From positions 133,176,001-133,240,000 of the forward strand of contig OZ024742.1 in NCBI GenBank assembly GCA_964016885.1: a stretch of 64,000 bases of DNA. Reading direction: 5' to 3'. The notes under the pieces are model-generated. The model had not been told where the DNA came from. It worked only from the letters and a program-made list of their open reading frames with translations, and did not search any database. The position numbers and the translations under genes were made by a program. Shown here piece by piece: positions 45,156 to 56,467 of this stretch. The stretch is from Eledone cirrhosa. Taxonomy: Eukaryota. The stretch's first letter is position 1, and every line of letters starts with the position of its first letter.

Positions 45156-45575
45156 TAGAAATATAAGTTGTCGCCGTATTTTGACTAAAGAAATTAAATA
45201 GCCTGGTAGTGGGGTTAAGAAACCTCGGAGAAATGGAAAAAACTATTATCGACGTACATGGGAGTTGAACCCACATCTTTGGTTATCCGGACCACTGTGC
45301 TACCATTTACGCCAACACATCACACGTCTATTTCCATTCAAATTAGAAGCTATAAACTTAGCGACTGTAATGTCAAGTAAGAATATTTTCGAAACAGCGA
45401 GTGGGTTTGAAATTATTAGAAATGTAAGTTATCGCCGTATTTTGACTAAAGAAATTAAAGAAATTATTTAGCCTGATAGTGGAATTTCTTTAATTTCTCT
45501 AGTCAAAATACGTCGATAACTTACATTTCTAATAATTTCAAACCCACTCGCTGTTTCGAAAATATTCTTACTTGA
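45156..45575 (-). repeat. ~260-bp tandem unit with tRNA-like cassette plus fold-back (palindrome 45373-45575)
   Basis: ttagaaat.taagtt.tcgccgtattttgactaaagaaattaaa at 45154 and 45416; hairpin arms ~90 bp. Confidence 0.8.
45250..45321 (-). ncRNA. tRNA-like Pol III cassette (non-canonical cloverleaf, pseudo-anticodon GGA)
   Basis: gatgtgt tg gcgt aaatggta gcac a gtggt ccggata accaa agat gtggg ttcaact cccat gtacgtc g; A/B boxes; T6 terminator 8 nt downstream; C33, T37 and short variable arm argue against a functional tRNA-Ser. Confidence 0.7.
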
Positions 45576-45638
45576 TATATATATATATATGTGTGTGTGT
45601 GTAATTTTGTCTTGTTTAATTTATTAACTATATATACA

Positions 45639-45689
<51 letters not shown>

Positions 45690-45692
<3 letters not shown>

Positions 45693-46510
45693 TTACACTA
45701 ATCAAAGTTCAGTTTAAATCATTTATTTGCTTACAATTGTTTCCTTCAAACCGAGGTTTGGATTCTTCGGAGCAACTATTTAGTGATCTATAACATACTT
45801 GACCTCCTTTTCAACACAAGAGACATATAAAAAAAATATGCATATATTGACCCACAGTGGGATAACATCGATCATAATGATATATCATGGTAATATACAT
45901 ATAAAGGTTAAAGGATAAAAATAAAAATAAGAATAAAAATAAAGCATTGGCAGTTTATGAAGATAAAGCAAGAGGAAAGTTTAGAGTAGTCAGTGTATGA
46001 AACAATCTCACGTGTAGCATGCACGCGTGTCTTATTTATACAGGATTAGAGTGCGGCAGATTGTTACTTGTAGGGTCAGGCAGTTAAAGCAGGCAATCAA
46101 TAGTATTATGTGGGCTGTAATGTTAAATCATTTTTTCGCATACCCCTGTATGATATACAATCCCGAATGTAGAGAAACACCAAAATATCAAAAATATCAA
46201 ACATATTATAAAACATATTATAACATAGGCAAAACAGCACCACTGTCTACGCACACACCACCACTCACATAATCCATGAAACGCAATATATAGACTACAG
46301 GTCTATCACACAATACACGATGATTCAGCATAGAACCAAGTTATAAACCATATCTTGTCGATTCTTAATTAATAGATCATGTTGTTTAGTTTTGTGAGAT
46401 GACATTATATTCCGGAAGTGTGTGTGTGACCAAGGGGAGTTAATGCGTAAGGGGAGTTAATGCGAAAGGGGAGGTAACTAACTGATTTTCATAGTTAAAT
46501 TTATTATCCT
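45690..46510 (-). mobile_element. Family F1-related pLTR/3'UTR
   Basis: Homologous to 41060-41870 (ccggaagt...aaggggagttaatgcg.aagggg.ggtaacta). Confidence 0.75.
45727..45775 (-). ncRNA. Hammerhead, CCGAAGA variant
   Basis: Minus: ttgct-CCGAAGA-atccaaac ctcg gtttgaag-GAAAC-aatt-GTA-agcaa-ataaa. Confidence 0.72.
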
Positions 46511-46525
46511 AAATATATATATATG

Positions 46526-48605
46526 AAAAGGGGGAGAAAAAGACGATTATTAGGAAGAAAAATATTTTTATTTCCTTTTATTTTTTCCTCTTTTTTCTGG
46601 GTTAGAAAATGTTTAAAACAAAATATTTTTATTTGTGTGAAGTGTTAACGTATTAGTTAATTTATTTATTAATTAACAATGGGATTTATTTATCTATTTA
46701 TACATTTAATAATTGTCTATTACCGGTTTCAGCATTTTATGCATTATCAAAGGGGGGAATTTGTATAGATGTGATGCTGAACATGTTAAGGAAATGGGGA
46801 AGCAAGATTAATATTATTTACAAACAAGATTTTTGAAGTAAAAGAAAAAAGAACGAAGAAAAAAAGGGGGTTGATGTGTAACATGATAAGCTAATGGGAA
46901 AGAAAAAATAATATTATTTAAAGGCATAGTTCTTGAGGATAAGCAGTTCAACATTTGTTATTATGGCAAGAGCGTATAGTTGATCGATGATGGAGGTAAA
47001 TGGTAGTCTGGGGTTTGATATGATTTCCCTTATTAGAGAGTTAATATGCCGGGGCAGGTAATTCAGGGTGGTCAGGTAGGGGAGAGTGAAATGAGAGGGG
47101 GTAATTCATTTATATAAGAAAAAGGATTAGGTAGGCTGTTAGGGAGGTAACTCTTTAGAGAACATAGGAATTTCGTTTTGGTTCATTGTTCGTTCCAGTT
47201 TTAGTTTAGTCCAAAATTTAGTCCATTGAGTAGTGGTTGGAATTTGTTGAAGTTCGTTGTTTATTGGTTCGATGGATGAAAGAAGCGTTGTCTATGAATT
47301 TGTAAATGGAGAAAATTTTAAAGTTTGGATGTTTGTTAGGTGTACAATTGCCGATATGTTCACTAAAAGCAATCTTTCTGTATTCCTGTGTTTTCATTTG
47401 TGATCTATGGACGGTCATACGTTGTCGGAGGCTGTTTTTTGTCTGTCCTATGTAATGCTTTTGACAAACTTAGCAGGTCAAAACATAGATTAGGTTTTCA
47501 GAAGCACACGTAAAGTTGTGTTTAACTGTGAAATGTTGTCCTTGTTTAAAATGGAATGTTGAACCTTCTATTAGATTTATGCATATACCACAGTTGGACC
47601 TTCCGCATTTTTTTACTGTAGGGTTCATTGTGAGGGTTGGTTGGATTTTGGCTTGTGTGAGGATTTGTTTATGGATTTAGGTTGTTTTTTGCTCTTTATG
47701 ATGTTGTGTGTTTGGAGGATTTTGTTCATTATTGGATCTCTTTTTAGTAAAGGAATGTTCTGGTTGGTGTCGAATGTCTCATTGTTGAGGGTGTTGTGTG
47801 TGGAGATGTTTGATAGAGTTCTCTGCTGCGGTTCATTCCTAGGTTTGGGGTGTCTGAGTTCCTGGATGTTGAGTTTTAGGGCACGTTAGAATCCATTGTT
47901 GATTAGAGATGGTGGGTAGTTTCTGCAGATAGGTGTGTTCTTTAATTATTTTAGTCGTGTGTAGCATGTGGATTTATCTGAAACTATTGTGCAGATCCTT
48001 CTGGCTAGGTTGTAAGGAATTGCTATTTTGGTATGGCGAGTGTGGCACGAGTTAAATTGAAGATATTGTTTGGAGTCTGTAGGTTTGTAGTATATGTCTG
48101 TTTCTATTTTATTGTTTGTTTTCTTGATGAGGATGTCGAGGAAAGGGAGTTCATGACTGTACTGCATTGTAAATTGTACGTTTGTGTTGAGTCCATTTAG
48201 CAGGTGTTTAAACACAATCAGTCTTTCTATACTTTCATGCCAGAGGATGAAGCAGTCGCCCAGATATCTCTTCTAGTTTTTTTCTATGTTTAAGTAGAAG
48301 TGGTTGGTTACCGTATTTGTCTAGAAATTTGCGTTAGAGAGTGGTTTCCAAATATCCCATCACAAGGTTGGCATATGAGGGGGCTACTTTCGTGCTCATG
48401 GCAGTCCCAGATTTCTGTCTGTAGTATTTGTCATCGAATTCGAAGAAGTTGTTTTCCAAGATGAATTTGAGTCCCTCCAACACAAATTCTCTAGGGATGC
48501 GCTCTGGAAGTTCACTAGAAACATTTTCACGCTAGAATTGTATTGCCTCTATACCTAGGTTGTGTGGGATATTGGAATATAGATTGATGACATCAAAGGT
48601 TACTT
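46526..48605 (-). mobile_element. Neptune-like PLE, 5'-truncated and decayed
   Basis: FDVINLYSNIPH, LENNFFEF, GTAM.TKVAPSYANL, RYLGDCF, LPFLDILI, DIYYKPTD, KCGRSNCGIC, NLIYVLTC..C...YIGQTKNSLRQRMTVH; TTGATAA-type HHR at 46717-46754. Confidence 0.88.
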
Positions 48606-49084
48606 ATACATATATGTGTGAGCGCGCGTGTGTATGTGAGTGTGGAGGAAAACTACAAATCTATGTTTGGAAATATGTCCTCCTTGTTCCATGTGTGCTA
48701 CAAGCAAGAACGAAGAATCGCAGCAAAGGTAATAACGACATCCATATTTAAGGCATGCGAAGACTGGGGCGTTAAACTGGAATCCGACTTCATATCAGCA
48801 AATAAAGTGTTCTGGTACACTATTTGACGACTTCGTATTAAGAGTCCTCCTCCACACCTGTCAAAGAACATTTTAAAAACTTAATCTCATTTCATAAGCC
48901 ACAGCAAAATAAGTAAATAAGAGTTCAGAGTTTAATCCAATTGTAAAATTTCCAATCACATTAGTGTCACAATCTCACAGTCGATACATATATAAACAAC
49001 AAAGATTAACAAGGATTTTTTTTAAAATCCCAACTAACAAATTAATTCTATTTAGTCAAATACGGCGAAAGCAAATGTTACTAC

Positions 49085-49217
<133 letters not shown>

Positions 49218-51064
49218 AATATAAGAAGTGCTATATTGACAGATAGATATTCATACATACATATTTCTGTGTCGTTATAGCCTTAGTATCTGACACATAT
49301 TTTCCCCTTAAATTGTGTGCTATAAAATCAAGGATAGTGTGGTTCACCTGTAGTATCCTCTTGTCAGGAAATGTATTTCCTTCGATCCGTTGCCATTGCG
49401 ACAAAATAATAAATAATCTCGTATGGAAAAATAAGAATTGGTCTCCATCGAAATTTGAAAGATGAGTTAATGAAACAATTGTCAGTATGACCAGTTCCGC
49501 AAATTGAATTTGTTTTAACTGAGCACCTACAGAATTTCAAAATCCTGAAATAAAGAAACATCGAAAACCTCAAAATCGAAAGTGTTAATAACATGCATAA
49601 CCTTCTACTAAGAATAACAGTCAATTACGTGTAATTGATCGACTACTGTATCTATACCATTTTTCATATGCGCTAACTCCCATTCCAACGAAGAGTAGTC
49701 CAATTCTTCCACATAATTTAGACTCCTTCATCCTTTATATTTGAAAGCGGCTATAGAAAATTGCTTCAATGAACGTTCCAATTGTTTGGCTGCTTGCACA
49801 ATCGTCTTGTGTGTTGTCTTGAAAATTAAATTTTCACAGAAAAGTCTGCGATAGCCCAAAATATATAAAAGTAAATACATGAATCCGTGTGCATCTATGT
49901 TTTTGTGTATATGTGTGTTTATGCATGTAGGTGTGTGTTTGTGCATTTGTATTTGTAAGTGTGATTATGCAATGAAATTAAATATGTTATTAAATCCATT
50001 GGCTTAATACTGCTTTCGTTGTTCAGTAACAACTGAACACTTTACATACCGTGTGTTTATCCCATTTCAATATTTGCATAACGACTTATTCGAATCTATT
50101 TAGATACGGCTGCGATGATTCTACAACGCTTTTGGGTGAATGTCGATGAATTGACGAATCCAGTATCTATGAACATTTTATAAGATAGGACACAATTTCT
50201 CGGAACCCAAATATTATTTTTGTACAGTTATTGTTGGTTTTCCTCTTCCATTTAGAATTTAAACAAGCGTGTTTTCTTGTTTGGTTTTGATCCTGGTATT
50301 AAGATAGTCATTTGTAGTTAATACTCAATTACTCTTCTGTAATTACTACACTGTCCAGTACGATACCGTCTTGTTCAATTTACTGAACCAACAACTAACG
50401 TCAGCAACATGCCTTTATAATTCTGTGACAAGACGAATCTAAAGCAAATCCCCAGATGTGTATCATCTCAATTTCTATATGAAGACCGGACGTTGTAATT
50501 TATTTTCTTATGCTATTTCCATAGTGTACAAGATGGATATAATATGACATTTTCGACTAAGCGAACACCGTTCAATTGAAAATCATTAGATAACTCAATT
50601 CAACTCTAGCTCTACCCTGCATTATATATTTATATTTTCATTTCTTTCTCTTTTTCTCTCTCTAGTTCAAACTGAAATATCGTCAGTAAAAACATTGGCA
50701 ATAAAATGAAAGTATAATACAGAGGAATAATTGCTATCGTTTGATATAAAGGTTAACGATTTCGCGTTCAAATCAAACCAGGAGGATCTCGGTTTTCTCT
50801 CGTTTTTGGTGGAGGGGGAAACAAACCCCTCCACCAAAAACCAGTATTAATAGTAAAGAAATGGCAGCGTTTGAAATGTTCCTCATATTATCATTCATAT
50901 ATACAGTCATTGAGCCAGTTTCTATTTGTTTACGGGATTCTGATTAAGGACTCCACAAGTTTGATGACAGACAGTGTAGACGTGTTTTGTGGAGGTCCGC
51001 AAAAGTGCTAAATTTTCAGTTTTGGTTTCATTTGCATTAATTGTTGCTGAAAAATGCAGGAGGC

Positions 51065-54003
51065 TACAAGCCTCGTTTGCTTCCAACGTAAGTGCCATGA
51101 AGGAAATCTCCATAAACATTGACACTGGCAGCACCACTAATAGCAGCAACACCAGTCGAACCACCACCACTACCATCAACAATAATACCAAAAACAATCC
51201 AGGAGGAAAACGAGGAAAGCTCTCTCATTCTTCCTCCCCTGAAAAAAGATATACATTGACACAAATAAAAGTACACACACAGACACAGACGCACTTACAA
51301 GTACAGAGTCGTGAAAATAAGGGAAAATTCAAATCCCCCATATAAGAAAAAAGAAGACACACAAAGAAAAAACCCTTCACACAGCACAAAAACACTTCCC
51401 CAACACCAACAACATCCCTCACCAACCATGGATGTCGAACCACCCGAACTCCATAAATGTCCAGGAGGTAAGTAAACCTTTCCACTCTCTCTCTCTTTTA
51501 GCCTGCAAACTTGGCGATACTAAGTGTAGGATGTATAAAGGTCCGTGGCATGGGGTCATCCTGGAAGCAGGGCCACTTGCTCAACGACCACAGACCTGAG
51601 GTCTCTAGATGTGGATGTGATTGCCGTCAGTGAGACCATGATTTCCGACACGCGCGCACTAGCCCCCATTTTCGTCGACTATTCGAATTTCGCATATGTT
51701 AGTCAGCCGGGAATGGGAGGTGCGGTGGCAGTGCTAGATCTCAATATAGGTTCGATCTTCCGGGACCCCTAATGAAGCCGGACGGCCGTACTTCTTTCGG
51801 TGCCTGGAAGACTTTCTGGGAAGGTCTCGCTCTTTACTGTTAGATGGGGACAGGAATGGCATCTTAGAAGCACCCTGGGAATGTGTAGGTGTAGCTCATA
51901 GGAGCGAAGGTGGTGCAAACAAATCAGGTATCTGGTCAGCCAGTTCCAACTATCTGACAGGTACTGACTAGCTTTCCTTTATGCGGCAGTGTGGACCTGG
52001 ACAAAACGCAATGTCATCTAGATCGCATATAGATACGATTTTCATTAGGACAGTAGAAAGGAATAGTGTAGGCTGTCCATTTTTTTTAAAAGGTCGCCTA
52101 TTCAGATCACAAGTTTGTGATCTGTATGTTCGACCTAAATAAGACGCGCAGGGTAAGACCTGGTTACTGAGCATCTCGTTTCCGGCACAAAATCTTACAG
52201 AGACCGGATCAACAATTTAGTTAAACAAAAGTTGACAGGTGGGGTCATCAACAACAGAGAGTTGTTCTCTCTCCTGGCAGTAGAACGGGCGTAATCCCAG
52301 TTCTGTGAGCCGTAGTGAGCGTAGTGAGGCTTATGAGCAAATACGAAAACAAGGGGGACACATTAGATTACTTCATCCCCATGACTCTGCTCAACACAGA
52401 ATTTAGGATTTTGGCCGAGGTGTTAGCGAAGAGGTTGGCATTTGTCGTCGAATATTTGTAGGAGTGTTGCAAACTTGTGTAATCCCGACTAGGTTCAGAC
52501 ACGACGACTTCCACCTTATGCAATACATCATAGATAGAGTAGGCTGTAAACCTGGCTTCAGTGTGGCTCTGAACAATGTAGATAATTCGAAAGCTTTCGA
52601 TAGCGTCGACCTTCGTTATATGGAGGATATCCTCAAGGCAGCTGGCTTAGGTCACGACTTCAGAGGCTGGATCGCTGCAATGCACAATGACATCTGCTCA
52701 GTCGTCATAGTTAATGTCCACCTTTCGGAACCGTTTCAGATTTACCGATCGGTCCGTTAAGGGTGCCCTCTCTCCTCGATTCTGTACGTATTGATACGCA
52801 AGCATTTACTGCGGTTGCTTAATCTATTGCAGGGCATCCCGCTGTGACAGGGACGCAAACATGCTGTTTTGGAAAATGCGGATGACATCACCCTGATGGT
52901 GTCAGACACCTCGGAAATGGAGGTGGTTGGCACCTTACTGGAGGTATATGATAGGTTGACGGGAGCGAAACTTACGCTGGAAAAATGGGTGGTCTTGCAG
53001 CTCGGTACCTGGAGAGACAAGTCCATACCGTTCAACAGCACGTCGGCCGGTGGACGGATGGAAAGGTAAAGTTGTTCGTGGTTTGGGACCTGACCACCAA
53101 GTGAGTAAGATTTGGGACGAGGTGAGGATCTGGTTAGTAAATCTCACACAGAAATGGCGAAGAGGAAGCTGTTCCTGAAATGTCGGGTGGAAGTAGCCAA
53201 CGCATACATTGCGCCTGTCATCTACTACCACGTGACCGTCGTAGATTGGCCCCGTCCACGCCTGGTATCTTGAATGTTACCAGGCACTCACGACCCTCTT
53301 AAAGGTGGACAATGTGTTCAGTGGAATTTCCACTCTCGAATTCTACAAAAGATTAGTGGTGGCAAAGTGCATCGCCGCACTCGGTGAGGCTCTGAGTATC
53401 GACGAAGTCGAACTGACCAGTCTGTTCCGGAAGACTTTCTAGTCGGAGACTATGGATAACTTACAGAAATCTCTCAGTTTACAGTGCTAACCTACAGGAA
53501 CGGAAGTGCTGTCAGACGGTCCTGACCGAGATGTGCGCAGAGCAAGTAAAACATTCTGCACGCACTCCTCCAGTGTCTGTGCACATTTTGGCGTTAGCGA
53601 AAGCGGTTGTATGGTGGGACAGGTTGAAAGGATTAAAGACAGACACTTTTTTATGCAGCCAATCTCTCATTTCAAGTCTCATTTGGGGTGCTGCCCCCGT
53701 GCATTTACTAAAAGGTGGGCGAATGTGCCGAGAATGGCATGCACCTCTAGGCTGGTTATTTTGAGGGGGAGAAGCATGCCCTTCCCGGATGCCGTCGAAA
53801 TGTTGGGTGGGTCAGGAATGGTGAAGAAGATTCAATTTTGCCTTAACCCGGCACCCGCCCCCCACCACCATTGGTTGTATGTTATTGTTATTGTGTAATT
53901 GTTATTTATATTGTTTACACCTATTTATGTAAAATCCCCACTGTCCTTATGTTTTTTTATTGTCACATATATGTCGGCCTTTGTGTCCGACAATAAGAAA
54001 ATA
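51065..54003 (+). mobile_element. Tx1/L1-like LINE copy A, heavily decayed with internal deletions
   Basis: ORF1 tail NPGGKRGKLSHS (as in copy B), APE LDVDVIAVSET, RT DNSKAFDSVD, NADDIT, 3'UTR aaaatccccactgtcc...tgtcggcctttgtg like copy B. Confidence 0.85.
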
Positions 54004-54036
54004 TTTTAATAATAATAATAATTTTAATAATAATAA

Positions 54037-54221
54037 TAATTGTTTCTACTTTTGGCACAAGGCCATCAATTACCCAGTGCATTACTGGTACTTTATTTTA
54101 TCGAACCCGTAAGTATGAAAGGCAAAGTTAACCTCTGCGGGATTTGAACTCAGATCATAAAGGGAGGTAACTCTATATTTCAAAGCATGGCGTCCGACCC
54201 TCTCCCGATATTGCCAATCCA
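54037..54221 (-). mobile_element. Octopus-type SINE inserted in the (ATT)n between LINE A and LINE B
   Basis: Same family as 11149-11331. Confidence 0.88.
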
Positions 54222-54480
54222 ATAATTGTTATTATTATTATTTATTATTATTATTGGCCGCACATGTGTGAAGACAGACAAGTCTGCGGGCGAAAAGGTT
54301 CGTAGCTTTAAGCTGTTTTAAAGTGTCTTTTTTTTGTATTTATTTGTCATTAACGAAACTTAAGGTACACATCTTGATTTAAAGAGAGGGATACCTCTCA
54401 ATATTCGGGCTTTAAGCCCGAATATTCAGATTTATTTTTAAAATCTTCGAAAAAAATCGCTTCCCTACCAAAAGAAAATT

Positions 54481-56458
54481 ATGGAAATTTTCGACCTTGA
54501 AACGGTAAACAACGTTCAGGTCAAAAGTTTAGAGGCAGCCACTGCAGATTTCACCACGACTACGACGGCTACAGTCATGCCTGTCATCCACTCTACTGAA
54601 TGTGAAGGCAAAACTAAAAAGCTACCATCACAACCTTCTGGCATAGCAGCAGTATCATCTGAAAACGACATCACCATCACCGCCACCACCACCACCACCA
54701 CAACAACAACAACTCAGAGAAATAACGACAAAAACAACGACAGCTTCAATGTAAACAAGGATGGCGGTGGCAACAGCAAGAATGACAACAACAACAATAA
54801 GAGCATCAGAAACACCACATTTGCTGCAGCAGCAGCAGCAGCAGCAAAAACAAAGCGCTTATTGAATATCGATATTGATATTAGCGATAAAGACGAACAG
54901 TTGGCCAAAGCGTGGAGGCTAATTAAACGGGAGAAGTCCTGGGCAAACCTGACCATCCCGGACGAGGCAATAGCGGCCATGCAAAGGAGGACGGTGCTCT
55001 TTCGATGTATTTCGGTGCAGACACGAAAAGTGGAACTTGCGAGCCAAGCAGAGGTAGAGGCTGCTTTGGAGTACATCGGAAGTAACATAGAGTACAAAGC
55101 AAGAGGCAAACAGTTCCGTACCATCTCGGTACTGTTCAAATCCGAGGCCCTCGCTATTAAGCACTCGGTGATCCCCTGCAGAACGGAACGCATTATCATG
55201 CATCCGTCCTATATGGGTAAAAGGACAGTGTAGGTACGCATTCCCAGCATCCCACCAGGAATGAACATATGGTGGCTGCTGGGATGCGTAATCGAGGAGG
55301 GGACAGCCACCACCCTCCTGGACATCAAAAGGACAGAGAGAGAAGACTGGTCCGGAATGGATTTGGAGATTCTTCTCCAAATGAAACCGGAGGATATAAA
55401 TAACATCCCAGATTTTGCCCCCCTGCAGGACGGGACAACAATCCAACTAATGATTGACGGAAGAAGGCCACGCTGCTTCGTTTGCGGGGAAGCCACGCAT
55501 CTTCAAGCCTTCTGCCCTCAGCGCAAAAAATGCAGGGGGTCGCAAACCTCCTTTGTTGCCAACGCCAGTGTCAGCACGGAAGGCTGCACCACCACCATCA
55601 CCAAAAACAACATCAACAAAAACACGGACACCAACATCAAAAGCAGCCGGATCACCACCAACACCAAAACCAATCCAAGGAGAAAACGAGGAAAGCTCTC
55701 CCACTCCCCCTACCCCCCCAACTATATACATAGACAAAAAAAAAATAAACGCACACACAGACACAGAGACACTCACAGACCCTTTGTCTTCCAGCAGCGA
55801 AGATGAAGGAAAACCCAAAAGTGCAAAAAACAGAGAAAACTCACAAAAAAAAAGCCCCTACAAAACGCAAAATAACACACAACAAAAAATACAGACACCA
55901 TTAACGCAGACACTTCCCCAATAACATCAGCACCATCAGCAACATCGACACCACCTCCACAATCCCCGAAACGCAAACAACCTAAACAAACACAAGTATA
56001 AATAAACACACAAATACCTGAAATTGCAGACACCACAGCTACAACAAACATAGACATACCCGAAACAACACCACCAAAACCATCGCCACCACCTTCACCA
56101 AAACGAAAATTAATAAAAGCACACCAACAAAATGTTAAAAACTTCGTGCTTGTCAGAAGGGCCAACGATAAACTGATGGCCCTCTTAGCGCGAAGCGAGG
56201 ACATTCAAACAGAGGGGGGAGATTTTTGAAATGAGCACATTTTGCGTGCCAGAAGATTTGCTTCTGGTCCGAATGTCTCTCAATTCCTTCAAAGAAATTC
56301 GAGAGAGCTTTCCTCAAGACGTGGGAAACCCGAATGTGAAACCCACATCAAGACTTTTAAAGGGGTTCCCAAAAGAAACCCCACCAACCATGGAGGTCGA
56401 ACCACCCGACCTTCACAAGACCCGGGAGGTAAGTAAACCTTCCCTCTCTCTCTCTTAG
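54481..56458 (+). pseudogene. LINE B ORF1 (gag-like, CCHC knuckle), with stop at 55231 and frameshifts
   Basis: DGRRPRCFVCGEATHLQAFCP; Thr/Asn-rich N-terminus; paralogous to copy C ORF1. Confidence 0.8.
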
Positions 56459-56467
56459 CTTACCAAT

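Noticed and set aside
45250-45321. Functional tRNA-Ser(GGA)
   Set aside because: C33, T37, short variable arm and D-/anticodon-stem mismatches; kept only as a tRNA-like cassette
49459-49487. gatga-gttaat-GAAAC-aatt-GTC hammerhead-like string
   Set aside because: Lacks C3-U4, stem II too short, no stem I
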